From Lama guanicoe (taxonomy: Eukaryota): a stretch of 64,000 bases of DNA. This document shows, piece after piece, positions 62,401-64,000 of this stretch (position 1 is the first letter of the stretch; each line of letters opens with the position of its first letter). A program made the position numbers and the translations under genes. The DNA lies in NCBI GenBank assembly GCA_013239625.1, contig MU054049.1:693015-757014 (forward strand), written 5' to 3'. Below the pieces are notes generated by a model. It was not told where the DNA came from, ran no database searches, and saw nothing but the letters and a program-made list of their open reading frames with translations.

Positions 62401-64000
62401 AGGTACAGGTACCTTAATTATCCTCATTTTATATATGAGGAAACTGAGGCATAAGGAAGTTGGCAACTTGACCAAGGTCATATAGCTAGTAAGTTCTGAT
62501 GCTGGCTTTTGAATTCTGTCATTAAAGTGACATTGTAGGGAGGGGTTCGCAGGGAGCACGTGGGGATGGAGTCCAGAAGGGCTTCCTAGATCACTGATTT
62601 GGGTCTTAAATAAAAAGTATTGCTTACAATTGGGGACCGCTGGAACGTCAGACCCCGAGGGCGTGGAACTGAGGGCTGGATAAACCCTGCTCCCCGAAAA
62701 GTGAATCCATGTCGTCACGGCTGCTAGCCTGGGCTTCTGTGACCTCACAGTGACTCAGTCATCTTTATTCCCAAACTGCTTCCCCCTGTCTGTCCTCTCT
62801 TAGTTGCCCAGCAACCTGGCAACGATCCTGGACTCCACCTCCAGCATCCCGTCCCTCACCAGGTCTGGCCATTCTGCCTCCCAGCCATGCCCTCATCCTC
62901 CTGGCCCCTGCTTGCTTCCAGCCTGTCAGCACACAATGCTGGCTGCTCTAATAAAGCAGCCCCAACTGGTTCTGGGTCCCGCTTGTTCCCCAACACTCAG
63001 TCCAGTCTGCTCGTTGTTGTGAAATACGATCATAACTTTCTGGTTTAGGAAAAGAGGAACAGTAGCTCCTTATTGCTGATAAGACAGTCCAAACGCCCAA
63101 GCACAAGGCTGTTTGGGACCTGACCCACAGCAAATGGCTCAGAGTTAGCTAAGCTGTCTCACGCCCCAGGGTATGGGCACAACTGTGCGGGTTCTCCTCC
63201 CGTGCCCATCTGGGCCAGATACTGAGCACCAGGCCAAAGTTATAGGTTGGACTCAGACATGGACCTGCCCCTGAGGAGATCTAAGTCTGTTGAGAGGAAC
63301 TTAAGTGCCCCCAAACGAAAAGGTCAGAAACCAAGGGGTGCTTCCATTCATGCGTGAAAGGTGCAACCACAGAAGTGAGCACAGGTTTGAATGAGAAGCC
63401 CCGAGGTGGGTGGGAGAAGGCGGGTCCCCTGGCTGGGACGAGGATGACAGCAACAAGCCTGGAGTCTATCTGGGTCCATGCTTCTCTGCCCTGGCCAGGG
63501 CGGGACCCTCCCTGGAGTCCTTGCAGGCCAAGCAGGGAGCTCTCCCTGTGCAGGTCAGAAGGATGTGGGTCAAGGAGTCAGGGAGTCACACCTGCCGAGG
63601 TGAGACTGAGCCAGCACCCTGGGGTAAGGACTGTGTTAGGCACTCAGAAAGCCAGGCTGCCCTGAAGGTGCGGAGCCCTGGGTGGGCCACTAAAGGCTCC
63701 CTCTAACTGGCCTCATTTAAGAGGGATGGTTTCCGTTTAATCACCTAACGGACCAGACCAGAGCCTTGATCTGCAAGGATGCTGACATGGGCCCCGCCTC
63801 CCAGGGCAACATGCTGGTGGGCACCAGGAGGTCCATTTAAAGGCCCCTCTGCCTCAGCAGATCAGGATGTGTGTGTGGTCTCTGCAGCAAATGGGGACCA
63901 AGGGCAGAGGACAGAGGGCGGAGTGGCCCAGGGCCCAGGGTCAGGGCTGGACAGGGGAGAACACGGGGCTGGGGTGGGATGCAGGGAGCATGCCCAGCAC

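Noticed and set aside
1-64000. CRISPR arrays, operons or other prokaryotic systems
   Set aside because: The sequence is mammalian intronic DNA; no regularly spaced repeat-spacer arrays were seen.

Overview
Mammalian genomic DNA, very likely a camelid (alpaca/camel-type tRNA-derived SINEs and camelid-type L1 3' tails), with four N-gaps. The window appears to lie inside the minus-strand RhoGAP gene ARHGAP22. Only one internal coding exon is present (14191-14063, C-terminal part of the PH domain, with an alternative donor at 14015 adding 16 aa). The rest is intron, dense in L1, L2, MIR, MLT1 and DNA-transposon relics. The most interesting feature is a set of internal promoters and alternative first exons upstream of that exon. 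Two of them (46248-46197 in a CpG island; 21176-21125) each have exactly 52 coding nt, a good Kozak ATG and a phase-1 donor in frame with the PH-remnant exon. They encode 17-aa Cys/basic peptides that align without gaps (MGLCCCKDWRGHLRAPK / MPFCLARHLKRSRRLPR); the first is a typical myristoylation plus palmitoylation signal. This suggests a promoter-choice switch that replaces the PH domain with lipid or polybasic membrane anchors. A third candidate first exon (~55.5-55.8 kb), a second CpG island in the downstream intron, a candidate recursive splice site, an 83-bp templated local duplication and several nested insertions are also reported. Repeat family names are by-eye recognitions and their boundaries are approximate.
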